Of a stretch of DNA of 64,000 nucleotides, positions 23,217 through 33,126 are shown one piece after another. Position 1 is the stretch's first letter. The number at the start of each line of letters is the position of its first letter. The position numbers were made by a program, and so were the translations under genes. The notes under the pieces are model-generated. The model did not search any database and had not been told where the DNA came from. It saw only the letters and a list, made by a program, of their open reading frames with translations. Origin of the DNA: Bacteroidota bacterium (GTDB lineage: Bacteria > Bacteroidota > Bacteroidia > Bacteroidales > CAIWKO01); contig JBAXND010000017.1 of the NCBI GenBank assembly GCA_037133915.1, forward strand, positions 1,345 through 65,344, read 5' to 3'.

Positions 23217-24521
<1,305 letters not shown>

Positions 24522-24549
24522 TATTTTCAGTAACAAATATGATTGACTG

Positions 24550-24582
24550 CCGGCGCTCCTTTTCAGGGCGCCGGTTTTTTTT
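24550..24582 (+). terminator. Rho-independent terminator after eno
   Basis: Stem CCGGCGC (24550-24556) pairs with GCGCCGG (24568-24574), followed by T8. Confidence 0.8.
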
Positions 24583-24603
24583 GTGGCCCGGCGCTCGTGT
24601 GGT

Positions 24604-24833
24604 GAGTCGTTCATTTCGTCTCACGAGTCGAAAATATGTTGCTTCAGGGAGTTCTTTACGCCTTGCGAGTCGAAAATATGTTGGAGCGAGTCGTTCATTT
24701 CGTCTTGCGAGTCGAAAATATGTTGGAGCGAGTCGTTCATTTCGTCTTGCGAGTCGAAAATATGTTGGAGCGAGTCGTTCATTTCGTCTCACGAGTCGAA
24801 AATAGGTTGCTTCAGGGAGTTCTTTAGGGAGTG
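24604..24833 (+). repeat. Array of alternating 21-bp modules, each starting with GAGTCG (42-bp super-repeat)
   Basis: Module A is GAGTCGTTCATTTCGTCTYRC, at 24604, 24688, 24730 and 24772. Module B is GAGTCGAAAATATGTTGGAGC, at 24625, 24667, 24709, 24751 and 24793. The first and last B modules carry the insert GCTTCAGGGAGTTCTTTA. Confidence 0.95.
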
Positions 24834-24930
24834 TTCAGAAAAGTGTGTCATTTTGCTTGTCGAAGACCACAATTGTTTTTTCTTCTGACTTCTGTCTTCT
24901 ATTTTCAACAGCTTCTTTCAAACCTTATGA

Positions 24931-24992
24931 ACTCCCGACTCCCGGCTCTCGACTCCCGACTTACGACTTACGACTCATCCGCCAAAGGCGGA
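24931..24992 (-). repeat. Heptad tract (ACTYNCG x7) followed by a TCCGCC-AAA-GGCGGA hairpin, immediately 3' of mtnP
   Basis: The heptads read actcccg actcccg gctctcg actcccg acttacg acttacg actcatc (24931-24979). A hairpin with a 6-bp stem lies at 24978-24992. The mtnP stop codon is at 25007-25009. Confidence 0.9.
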
Positions 24993-25006
24993 CAGGCGGC
25001 TTACGA

Positions 25007-25753
25007 CTAACTCATCCTTTCTATCACCCGCATCAGCAGCTTGGTAACATTCGCTACATTTTTATTGAACACTTCCACGATGGCGTCCCACGAAACCGGC
25101 TCCTCGTCTGTCTTCCAGCAATCATAGTCGGTACTGAGCGCGATGGCTGCATACGGAATACCTGCTTCATTGGCAAGGATAGCTTCGGGGGCTGTGCTCA
25201 TATTGATTACATCCGCGCCCCACATGCGGAACATATTTGATTCGGCACGCGTGGAGAATCGCGGTCCTTCAATGGTTACAACGGTACCTTTTTCGTGGAA
25301 ACACAGGCCTATCTCGCGGGAGCTGTGAATAATCTGTGTGCGTAATTCTTCATTGAAAGGTGTGGCCATGGGTGTATGCACCGCCAGATGCGGGTCAAAG
25401 TGGTCGTGGAAGGTGATAGGGCGGTGACGCGTAAAATCAATAAACTGGTCTAATACTACAAAATCGCCACGACCAATGTGTTCGCGGAGGCTGCCGCAGG
25501 CTGTGGTGGCAATTATGTGGGTGCAACCTGCATTCTTCAGTGCCATGATGTTCGCGCGGTTAGGTACCTGCGAGGGCGGTATGGTGTGCTCCTTACCGTG
25601 ACGTGACAGGAACACAACTTCCATGGTGCCGATGTGACCACACAGCAGGGGTGCACCCGGATGTCCGTATTTGGTTTCCGGAAAGAGCGAATCTTCTGCA
25701 CGGAAAATGTCTAATTTCTCAAGGCCGGAGCCACCTATAATTCCAAGTTTCAT
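25007..25753 (-). CDS. mtnP: S-methyl-5'-thioadenosine phosphorylase (PNP family 2)
   Basis: 248 aa with MKLGIIGGSG, GPRFSTRAESNMFR, and MSTAPEAILANEAGIPYAAIALSTDYDCW. Confidence 0.88.
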   Translation of the reverse strand: MKLGIIGGSGLEKLDIFRAEDSLFPETKYGHPGAPLLCGHIGTMEVVFLSRHGKEHTIPPSQVPNRANIMALKNAGCTHIIATTACGSLREHIGRGDFVVLDQFIDFTRHRPITFHDHFDPHLAVHTPMATPFNEELRTQIIHSSREIGLCFHEKGTVVTIEGPRFSTRAESNMFRMWGADVINMSTAPEAILANEAGIPYAAIALSTDYDCWKTDEEPVSWDAIVEVFNKNVANVTKLLMRVIERMS

Positions 25754-25825
25754 ATGCTTATTGTATTTGAAGGATTTCTTTTTTGTACTTAGCCTTTAAG
25801 AAGCACTCAGGCTGCTTATTTTTGC

Positions 25826-25833
25826 TACTTTTG
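25826..25833 (+). promoter_or_regulatory. Candidate -7 box TACTTTTG upstream of the CcmF-like gene
   Basis: Matches TAnnTTTG and lies 91 nt upstream of ATG 25924. Confidence 0.3.
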
Positions 25834-25923
25834 TTTCTAATGCGAAGATAGTTCGTAAAAAACAATAATTACTTACCCAACTGAAACTTTCGTTTTTGTT
25901 ATCCAATAAAAAACAACAAGTTT

Positions 25924-28329
25924 ATGATAGGAATTTCTGATGTGCATGAACACCTGCTGCCCGGTATAATTGGCAAAACGGCTATTTATGCGGCTATGGG
26001 TGCAGCATTATTATCAATGGTGCTTTATATTGTCGGCAGCAACAAAGAACACGCAGAAAAGAAATGGCTGACCCGCCTCGCTGACGCTTTTTTTGGTTTG
26101 AATACACTGGCCGTATTGACAGCTGCCGGCATCCTTTTCTGGCTGCTCAAACAACATTTTTACGAATACAATTACGTGTGGCAATACTCGTCAAACGAAT
26201 TGCCCTTGAAATACATTATTTCATGTTTCTGGGCAGGGAAAGAGGGCAGCCTGCTTATATGGGCATTGTGGACAGCTATAATCGGCATGATATTGATGTT
26301 CACTTCGGGTCAATATAAAAAGCCCGTGATGATTGTGTTTTCTCTGGTGCAGGTTTTTCTTTGTCTGATGGTTGCCGGCATTGACGTGGGCAGCATCATT
26401 ATTGGCACGTCTCCATTTGCGCTTTTGCGCGACATGCCTGCTTATGCCGATTATGCACTGTTTGCACGCTCCGATTATCTTTCGTTCATCACCGACGGCA
26501 ATGGACTGAATCCCTTATTGCGCAACCCCTGGATGGCAACCCATCCGCCTGCACTATTTCTTGGATATGCTGCAGCCCTTGTGCCCTATGCATTTGCTTT
26601 TGCATCTATTGTAATTAAAGATAAAACCGGCTGGCAAAAAACGGCTTTGCCATGGGCGCTGTTCAGCATCACCGCCTTAGGCGCCGGACTGATACTGGGT
26701 GGTGCATGGGCTTATGAAGATCTTACCTTTGGCGGTTTCTGGGCATGGGATCCTGTTGAAAACGCATCATTGGTACCCTGGCTGTTGTTGGTCGCCGGTT
26801 TACATTTCATACTTACGTCTAAAGTCAACCGTCAAACAGTTTCTACGGCGCGCATCTTTTCCATATTGCCTTTTATTTTTGTGCTCTATTCGGCCTGGCT
26901 TACGCGAAGCGGCGTTTTGAAAGACACTTCGGCACATTCATTCAGCGAAAGCGGCGCTTCATCAGGCTATCTGGTAATGATGGGATTGTTGTTCATCATA
27001 CCATTGATAATTGCACTGTTAAACCGTGTGCCGGGGCACGAAAAGAAAAAGGAAACCCCGTTTTCACGCGAATTCTTTATGTTTATCGGAGCTGTGATAC
27101 TTGTACTGTCTGCATTTCAGGTAATTTTCACAACATCGTTGCCGGTAATGAACCGCATCAGCGGCAGCAACTTGGCGCTTCCACCCGATCCTGTTTCATT
27201 TTATAACGGATGGCAGATGATGTTCGCTGTTGCTGCCTGTCTGCTTCTGGTGCTTTCACAATTTCTCACTTACGGGAAAAATGATTTGAAGCGACTCATG
27301 AAACGCATCGCTTTTTCTGTTGTTATAGCACTTGTAATTACAATGCCCGTAGCAATACTTATGCTCCATAGCCTTGCATATGGTATTTTTTCATTCTTTA
27401 TTCTGTTCACCATTATTGGTTCGCTTGATATGATGCTTCGTTTGCACCGTCATCTGGGGAATCCTGCTGCAGCGCTTACGCACACCGGATTTGGAATCTT
27501 TTTAATGGGTGTGCTCATTACATTCAGCGGCAAATATGTGGTATCGCAAAATGAGCAGCTGACACAAAAAGGCGTGAAGGTGATGAGTGAAACCATGATT
27601 CTTGTGAAAGGCCAGGTGAAGCAGTGCGGCGATGAATATGTTTCATATTCAGGACGGGTCACCGAAAACAGTACCGTTCATTACCAGCTTGATTTTCTGG
27701 AGAAAAAGGGAAATGATTATTTTTTCAAATATTCGCTGTTCCCTGCTATTGAAATCAGCGAGACCATGGGCAAGGCTTTTGTCCCCGATACCAGGCATTT
27801 TATCGACAGAGATGTGTTTACCTATCTGACGGATGCCGGCATTGTAGATGAAGAATACAAGTTGCTCCAGACATTCGAAGTTGAGCGTGGTGTGCCTTTT
27901 AGTGCCGCACACGTGATGATAACTGCCGACAGTATTCAATGGACTATGACTCCCGATTCTACCTGTAATGTTTGGTTGAGTGTGGTTAATGCCGGAGGAA
28001 AACTGGTTACGGGCAAAGCATCATTTGTTCTCACAAAGGAGGATCTGGTATCTACTCCTGCCGATTTCCCCGAAACCGGTTTACGCATTGTTTTAGGGCG
28101 GGACGAGGGTAAAAAACTTAAAACAGATATTTATACTCAGAATGTGGACTTCGTGTCCGTTAAAGTGGTACACTTCCCCTATATTGCCATGATGTGGATG
28201 GGCGTTGTTTTAATCTTTGCAGGATTGCTTTTTGCGATTTTCAGAAGGATTAAGAAAGCTCGAACAGCCAACATGGCACATTCGGACAAACCGTTGGATG
28301 AGCAAACCGGTCATGATGTGGAACAATAG
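25924..28329 (+). CDS. Cytochrome c-type biogenesis heme lyase, CcmF/NrfE/CcsA family, with a large C-terminal periplasmic domain
   Basis: 801-aa polytopic protein. It has the Trp-rich heme-handling motif GGAWAYEDLTFGGFWAWDPVENASLVPWLLLVAGLH, preceded by NPWMATHPPALFLGY. A roughly 200-aa soluble segment comes before the last transmembrane helix. Confidence 0.75.
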   Translation: MIGISDVHEHLLPGIIGKTAIYAAMGAALLSMVLYIVGSNKEHAEKKWLTRLADAFFGLNTLAVLTAAGILFWLLKQHFYEYNYVWQYSSNELPLKYIISCFWAGKEGSLLIWALWTAIIGMILMFTSGQYKKPVMIVFSLVQVFLCLMVAGIDVGSIIIGTSPFALLRDMPAYADYALFARSDYLSFITDGNGLNPLLRNPWMATHPPALFLGYAAALVPYAFAFASIVIKDKTGWQKTALPWALFSITALGAGLILGGAWAYEDLTFGGFWAWDPVENASLVPWLLLVAGLHFILTSKVNRQTVSTARIFSILPFIFVLYSAWLTRSGVLKDTSAHSFSESGASSGYLVMMGLLFIIPLIIALLNRVPGHEKKKETPFSREFFMFIGAVILVLSAFQVIFTTSLPVMNRISGSNLALPPDPVSFYNGWQMMFAVAACLLLVLSQFLTYGKNDLKRLMKRIAFSVVIALVITMPVAILMLHSLAYGIFSFFILFTIIGSLDMMLRLHRHLGNPAAALTHTGFGIFLMGVLITFSGKYVVSQNEQLTQKGVKVMSETMILVKGQVKQCGDEYVSYSGRVTENSTVHYQLDFLEKKGNDYFFKYSLFPAIEISETMGKAFVPDTRHFIDRDVFTYLTDAGIVDEEYKLLQTFEVERGVPFSAAHVMITADSIQWTMTPDSTCNVWLSVVNAGGKLVTGKASFVLTKEDLVSTPADFPETGLRIVLGRDEGKKLKTDIYTQNVDFVSVKVVHFPYIAMMWMGVVLIFAGLLFAIFRRIKKARTANMAHSDKPLDEQTGHDVEQ

Positions 28330-28443
28330 TGCCCGTTGGTATAATTTGTTATTTTTATCCGCAAGGGCAGCGTAATTTTGTCTTACGATATTTAAAATGA
28401 TGTTTTGCATATGATATTATCGGCTTTTTTGAATAATGCTAAT

Positions 28444-28451
28444 TATATTTG
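28444..28451 (+). promoter_or_regulatory. -7 box TATATTTG upstream of the S46 peptidase gene
   Basis: Matches TAnnTTTG and lies 50 nt upstream of ATG 28501. Confidence 0.45.
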
Positions 28452-28500
28452 CGCACCTGAAAAAATCAATTTATAACAAACAATAATTAAAACTGGTTTT

Positions 28501-30708
28501 ATGAAAAAGATGTTTCTTTCGGCGCTGATGGCTCTTGTTCTGAGTTTTGGCGCGTTTGCCGTTAATCCTCCCGACGAAGGTATGTGGCTGCCCATGCTCA
28601 TTGAGCGCTTGAATTATGTTGATATGCAGAAAGCCGGCCTGCACCTTACTGCCGAAGAACTTTACAGTGTAAATCATTCTTCTTTGAAAGATGCTGTTGT
28701 TGGTCTGGGTAATGCTGAAAGTCCTTCCATGCATTTCTGTTCGGCAGAAGTTGTTTCTGATCAGGGATTGATGCTTACCAATCATCACTGCGGATTCGAC
28801 GCTATTCAACAGCAAAGTTCTGTTGATAAAGACTACCTCACCAATGGCTTCTGGGCCATGAGCAAGAAAGAAGAACTCCGTTGCGAAGGCGTTACGGCAG
28901 CTTTTCTGGAACGCATGGAAGATGTTACTGCCAAAGTTCTTGAAGGTGTAAAGTTTGAAATGACCGAAGATGAGCGCGATGCCATCATAAAGAAAAACTC
29001 TGACAAGTTAGAAAAAGCAGCTTCCGAAAAAGGCAAATATGTGGTAGATGTAAAACCATTTTTCGATAATAATGAGTTCTATCTTTTCGTCTATACCGTT
29101 TATGAAGATGTACGCCTTGTGGGTGCACCTCCTTCGGCCATCGGCAAATTTGGTGGTGATACCGATAACTGGATGTGGCCTCGTCACACCGGTGATTTCT
29201 CGATGCTGCGCGTATACAGCGCTCCCGACGGAACTCCTGCCGAATACTCAGATAAAAACGTGCCTCTGAAACCAAAACATTTTTTACCGATTTCACTGAA
29301 TGGCGTTCAGAAGAATGATTTTGCAATGATTTGGGGATATCCGGGTACCACCGATCGTTTCCTTACATCTTATGGCGTACAATTGGCTACCGAAGAATCA
29401 AATCCTACCGTAGTTGATATTCGTACCAAGAAGCTTGAGATTATGAAAGCCGATATGGATGCCGACCCCAAAGTAAAAATAATGTACGCTTCCAAATACG
29501 CTTCAAGTGCTAACTACTGGAAATATTTTATTGGACAGACAAAAGGCCTGAAAGACCTCAATGTATTGGGCCAAAAGCAGGAAATTGAAAAGAAATTTAC
29601 CGAATGGGTGAAGGCCGATGGCAAACGACAGGACCAGTATGGCAACGCGCTTGAGCTTATTGCCGACGGTTATAAGGATATGAAAAAATACAACCTCAGT
29701 CTGAAATATCTGGAAGAAGCCGTTTTCCAGGGTCCTGAGTATATTTATTTTTCATTCGGTGCCTATCAGCTCTATATGAAACTGCAGACACAGGCTAATG
29801 CCAAAGGCAAAAAAGCGAAAGCAATGTATGATGGCGACATCAAAACACTGGCCGATGCTTTTAAACCTGAAGTAGAGAAATTCTTTAAGGATTTCAACCA
29901 ACCTACAGACAAAAAACTGTTTGTTGCACTGCTCAAAATGTATTACGACAAAGTGCAGCAGGAGCAGCAGCCCGAAATCTTCCGCGAAGTAGATAAAAAA
30001 TACAAAGGCAATTTCCAGAAATGGGCAGATAAAATTTATGCCAAGTCTATTTTTGTTGACCATAAAAAAATGATGGCATTTCTCGAGAAACCCACTTGGA
30101 AGGCAATCAGCAAGGATCCCGGGTTTGCGGTAACTCTTTCCATGGTGGATTGTATCCGTGGTATCTATGGAAAAGTAGGCGATGTTGAAACAAAAATTAA
30201 TAAAGGAAACCGCTTGTTCGTTGCAGGAATGATGGAAATGGACCCGGGTAAAAAATGGTATCCGAATGCAAACTCTACCATGCGTGTAACCTACGGTAAA
30301 GTTGCTGACTATACAGCTTCCGGCAAGCATTTCGATTGCCAGACCTGGCTGAGTGGCGTTATGGCCAAAGAAGATCCTAAAAACGATGAGTTTATTGTTC
30401 CTGCCAAGCTTAAAGAATTATACAATGCCAAAGATTTTGGACGCTATGGTGTAAACGGCGATGTGCCTGTTTGCTTTATCGCAAATCTTGATATCACCGG
30501 TGGTAATTCAGGAAGCCCTGTAATCAATGCAAACGGACAACTTATCGGCATTGCATTTGATGGCAACTGGGAAGCTATGAGCGGTGACATTAATTATGAG
30601 CCGGAGCTGCAACGCACTATTTGTGTTGATATCCGTTACGTCATGTTTGTTATCGACAAATATGCCGGCGCTAAAAATCTGATTGATGAAATGACCATCG
30701 TACAGTAG
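28501..30708 (+). CDS. Peptidase family S46 dipeptidyl-peptidase (DPP7/DPP11-like)
   Basis: 735 aa with a signal peptide. It has DEGMWLP near the N-terminus, the catalytic His context LTNHHCG, and the catalytic Ser context TGGNSGSPVINANGQLIGIAFDGNWE. Confidence 0.88.
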   Translation: MKKMFLSALMALVLSFGAFAVNPPDEGMWLPMLIERLNYVDMQKAGLHLTAEELYSVNHSSLKDAVVGLGNAESPSMHFCSAEVVSDQGLMLTNHHCGFDAIQQQSSVDKDYLTNGFWAMSKKEELRCEGVTAAFLERMEDVTAKVLEGVKFEMTEDERDAIIKKNSDKLEKAASEKGKYVVDVKPFFDNNEFYLFVYTVYEDVRLVGAPPSAIGKFGGDTDNWMWPRHTGDFSMLRVYSAPDGTPAEYSDKNVPLKPKHFLPISLNGVQKNDFAMIWGYPGTTDRFLTSYGVQLATEESNPTVVDIRTKKLEIMKADMDADPKVKIMYASKYASSANYWKYFIGQTKGLKDLNVLGQKQEIEKKFTEWVKADGKRQDQYGNALELIADGYKDMKKYNLSLKYLEEAVFQGPEYIYFSFGAYQLYMKLQTQANAKGKKAKAMYDGDIKTLADAFKPEVEKFFKDFNQPTDKKLFVALLKMYYDKVQQEQQPEIFREVDKKYKGNFQKWADKIYAKSIFVDHKKMMAFLEKPTWKAISKDPGFAVTLSMVDCIRGIYGKVGDVETKINKGNRLFVAGMMEMDPGKKWYPNANSTMRVTYGKVADYTASGKHFDCQTWLSGVMAKEDPKNDEFIVPAKLKELYNAKDFGRYGVNGDVPVCFIANLDITGGNSGSPVINANGQLIGIAFDGNWEAMSGDINYEPELQRTICVDIRYVMFVIDKYAGAKNLIDEMTIVQ

Positions 30709-30732
30709 TTTTTAATATTATTTTCTACTCAA

Positions 30733-30765
30733 AAGAGTCGTACATTTTTTGTGCGGCTCTTTTTT
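30733..30765 (+). terminator. Rho-independent terminator after the S46 peptidase gene
   Basis: Stem AAGAGTCG pairs with CGGCTCTT (one wobble pair), followed by a T-run. Confidence 0.65.
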
Positions 30766-30978
30766 ATTAGTCATAAATATAGATTCATAGATAGGTATTC
30801 TCAGTAAGCTTGATGCTGAAATACATATTATTCCCCTTAAAATAGAGAAATCGCATGATAATATCAAAAAAATTAAGAATCTGAAAAACAAACGTATAGG
30901 TAATACAACCCGTAAAAAAAATCAAATATTATATTAAACATAGGTTAAAATACTGTTGTAATGGGAGGGTAATAGTCG

Positions 30979-30986
30979 TAAGTTTG
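30979..30986 (+). promoter_or_regulatory. -7 box TAAGTTTG upstream of the ArsR-family gene
   Basis: Matches TAnnTTTG and lies 29 nt upstream of ATG 31015. Confidence 0.45.
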
Positions 30987-31014
30987 TCATGTAAAAACAT
31001 AATAACATAAAACA

Positions 31015-31305
31015 ATGGCATCAATCGATCCTGTTAAACTAGAAAAGGCCGCCGGCCGTTTAAGAGTGGTTGCTCATCCTGCTCGCATTGCTATAATTAC
31101 CATGCTTGAAGAAGAGACCCGCTTGTGTGTAACCGATATTCATAAAAGATTGAATATCCTTCAACCGGAGGCATCACACCACCTGAACCTGCTGAAAAGC
31201 TATGGTATACTGGATTCCAAGAGGGAAGGAAAAAACATGTTCTATTTCCTCCGTCAGAATGCGGTATTGAACATTATTGAGTGCATTATGAATTGCGGCG
31301 ATTAA
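31015..31305 (+). CDS. ArsR/SmtB-family winged-HTH transcriptional regulator
   Basis: 96 aa with LRVVAHPARIAIITMLEEETRLCVTDIHKRLNILQPEASHHLNLLKSYGIL, which is the typical ArsR HTH layout. The C-terminus reads ECIMNCGD. Confidence 0.8.
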   Translation: MASIDPVKLEKAAGRLRVVAHPARIAIITMLEEETRLCVTDIHKRLNILQPEASHHLNLLKSYGILDSKREGKNMFYFLRQNAVLNIIECIMNCGD

Positions 31306-31468
31306 TTTCGCGGTTTGTTATCGCCCCTTAAAATTACTGTTGCTGCGTTAACTACTATTCGTATAAATACGTGTAAGTAACCAGTTGAAGGTTGTGCGAT
31401 ATAATTACTGTAGAGTTCTTAATGTATTATCAAAAATTAGCGTACCGCCTCAATGGGTGGCTGCGTAC

Positions 31469-31506
31469 AACCGGTAAAGCATAACACTTTGCCGGTTTTT
31501 TTTTTT
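31469..31506 (+). terminator. Rho-independent terminator
   Basis: An 11-bp stem AACCGGTAAAG / CTTTGCCGGTT (one G-T pair) with a 7-nt loop, followed by T11. Confidence 0.75.
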
Positions 31507-31632
31507 GAATATTGCAATGCTGCCGGTAATTAAATCTATAATTTACAGTTTCTTAAATTTCATTTTTCAGGTTTTTATATTGAAGTTATTCGTTTTCACT
31601 TCAATTTTGTGTTGATATTTATAAAACAATTG

Positions 31633-31640
31633 TACTTTTG
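31633..31640 (+). promoter_or_regulatory. -7 box TACTTTTG upstream of the tryptophanase-family gene
   Basis: Matches TAnnTTTG and lies 49 nt upstream of ATG 31689. Confidence 0.4.
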
Positions 31641-31688
31641 AATCGACATCACAGGGAAATGATTCCCGGTGAATAACGCACTGAAATT

Positions 31689-33086
31689 ATGGAATTACCT
31701 TTTGCAGAATCGTATAAGATTAAAATGGTTGAACCTATTCGTAAAAGTACAATCGAAGAACGGAAACAATGGATCAAAGAAGCGAACTTTAATTTATTCA
31801 ACCTTCCGGCTGACCGTGTTTTCATTGACCTGCTTACTGATTCCGGAACCGGCGCTATGAGCGACCGACAGTGGTCGGAGATTATGCTGGGTGATGAAAG
31901 TTATGCCGGTGCCTCCTCTTATTTTAAAATGAAAGAGGCAATCAGGGAGTTGCTGGGATTTGATTACTTCCTGCCGACGCATCAGGGGCGTGCCGCTGAA
32001 AATGTACTGTTTTCCGTATTGGTTAAAAGCGGTGATATCATCCCGGGCAACTCACATTTTGATACGACCAAAGGACATATAGAGTTCCGTGCGGCCCATG
32101 CCGTTGATTGCACAATAGATGAAGCATTTGATACTACACTTGTTCATCCTTTCAAAGGCAATATTGATATCGCCAAACTCGAGAATGTTTTTAAAACCAA
32201 TCCGATAGAAAAGATTCCTTTCATTATAATAACGGTTACCTGCAACTCATCGGGTGGACAGCCTGTTTCCATGCAGAATATCAAAGAGGTTCATAAGATT
32301 GCGAAAAAATATAATGTTCCGTTGGTATTTGATGCCGCACGTTTTGCTGAAAATGCCTATTTTATTAAGATGCGTGAAGAAGGCTATGCCGATAAAACCA
32401 TCAGGCAGATTGTGAAAGAAATGTTCAGCTATGCCGATGCCATGACCATGAGCAGCAAAAAAGATGCTATCGTGAATATTGGCGGTTTTATTGGAATGCG
32501 CAGCGAAGAACTGTTTCATAAAGCCAGTGTATTTAATATAATGTTCGAAGGTTATATTACGTATGGCGGACTTGCCGGCCGTGATATGAATGCCATTGCA
32601 CAAGGATTAAAAGAAGGTACTGAATTCGATTATCTCGATACCCGCATTAAGCAGGTTGCTTATTTAGGAAAACTGCTCAAAGGTTATGGCGTTCCTTTGC
32701 AGGAACCATTTGGCGGACATGCTATTTTTGTAGATGCAAAAAGATTTCTTTCTCACATTCCTAAAGAAGAATTTCAGGCACAGACACTGGCCATTGAGCT
32801 GTATATTGAAGGTGGTGTGCGTGGTGTTGAGATAGGCGCATTGCTTGCCGACCGCGACCCTGACACGCGTGAGAATCGCTATCCCAGTCTGGAACTTCTC
32901 AGACTAGCCATACCCCGTCGTGTATATACCAATAATCATATGGATTACGTGGCTGCCGCACTTGGAAATGTTTATGAGCGCCGGGAGTCAATCACCCGTG
33001 GATTGAAAATTGTTAACGAAGCGCCCATTATGCGCCACTTCACAGTGAATCTCGACAGAGCCGATCTTAAATCGGTTGCAGTATAA
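31689..33086 (+). CDS. Beta-eliminating lyase: tryptophanase / tyrosine phenol-lyase family (PLP-dependent)
   Basis: 465 aa with FAESYKIKMVEPIR, IDLLTDSGTGAMSDRQW, and the PLP-lysine context MSSKKDAIVNIGGF. TnaA and Tpl cannot be told apart by eye. Confidence 0.88.
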   Translation: MELPFAESYKIKMVEPIRKSTIEERKQWIKEANFNLFNLPADRVFIDLLTDSGTGAMSDRQWSEIMLGDESYAGASSYFKMKEAIRELLGFDYFLPTHQGRAAENVLFSVLVKSGDIIPGNSHFDTTKGHIEFRAAHAVDCTIDEAFDTTLVHPFKGNIDIAKLENVFKTNPIEKIPFIIITVTCNSSGGQPVSMQNIKEVHKIAKKYNVPLVFDAARFAENAYFIKMREEGYADKTIRQIVKEMFSYADAMTMSSKKDAIVNIGGFIGMRSEELFHKASVFNIMFEGYITYGGLAGRDMNAIAQGLKEGTEFDYLDTRIKQVAYLGKLLKGYGVPLQEPFGGHAIFVDAKRFLSHIPKEEFQAQTLAIELYIEGGVRGVEIGALLADRDPDTRENRYPSLELLRLAIPRRVYTNNHMDYVAAALGNVYERRESITRGLKIVNEAPIMRHFTVNLDRADLKSVAV

Positions 33087-33093
33087 GAAAAAA

Positions 33094-33122
33094 AGCTGTC
33101 TTTTTAGACAGCTTTTTTTTTA
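33094..33122. terminator. Bidirectional terminator between the tryptophanase-family gene and the giant T9SS cargo gene
   Basis: Stem AGCTGTCT pairs with AGACAGCT, flanked by A7 on the left and T9 on the right. The two flanking genes converge on it. Confidence 0.8.
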
Positions 33123-33126
33123 ATAG

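Noticed and set aside
24604-24833. Possible CRISPR array
   Set aside because: The modules are contiguous with no unique spacers, two module types alternate, no cas genes are nearby, and the unit length of 21 bp is too short.
24845-25240. A 131-aa plus-strand ORF overlapping mtnP
   Set aside because: It is antisense to a clearly conserved MTA phosphorylase gene, and its 5' part is read from the CGACTC heptad tract.
31517-31615. A 32-aa hydrophobic small ORF (MLPVIKSIIYSFLNFIFQVFILKLFVFTSILC) in the arsR-lyase spacer
   Set aside because: It lies in very AT-rich DNA, where such ORFs arise by chance. It begins only ~11 nt after the terminator T-run and ends upstream of the predicted -7 box. There is no supporting signal.
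31659-31676. A 5-codon mini-ORF (MIPGE) 13 nt upstream of the tryptophanase-family gene, considered as a TnaC-like leader peptide
   Set aside because: It has no Trp codon and is far shorter than known TnaC peptides. No downstream Rho-site or terminator logic is visible.
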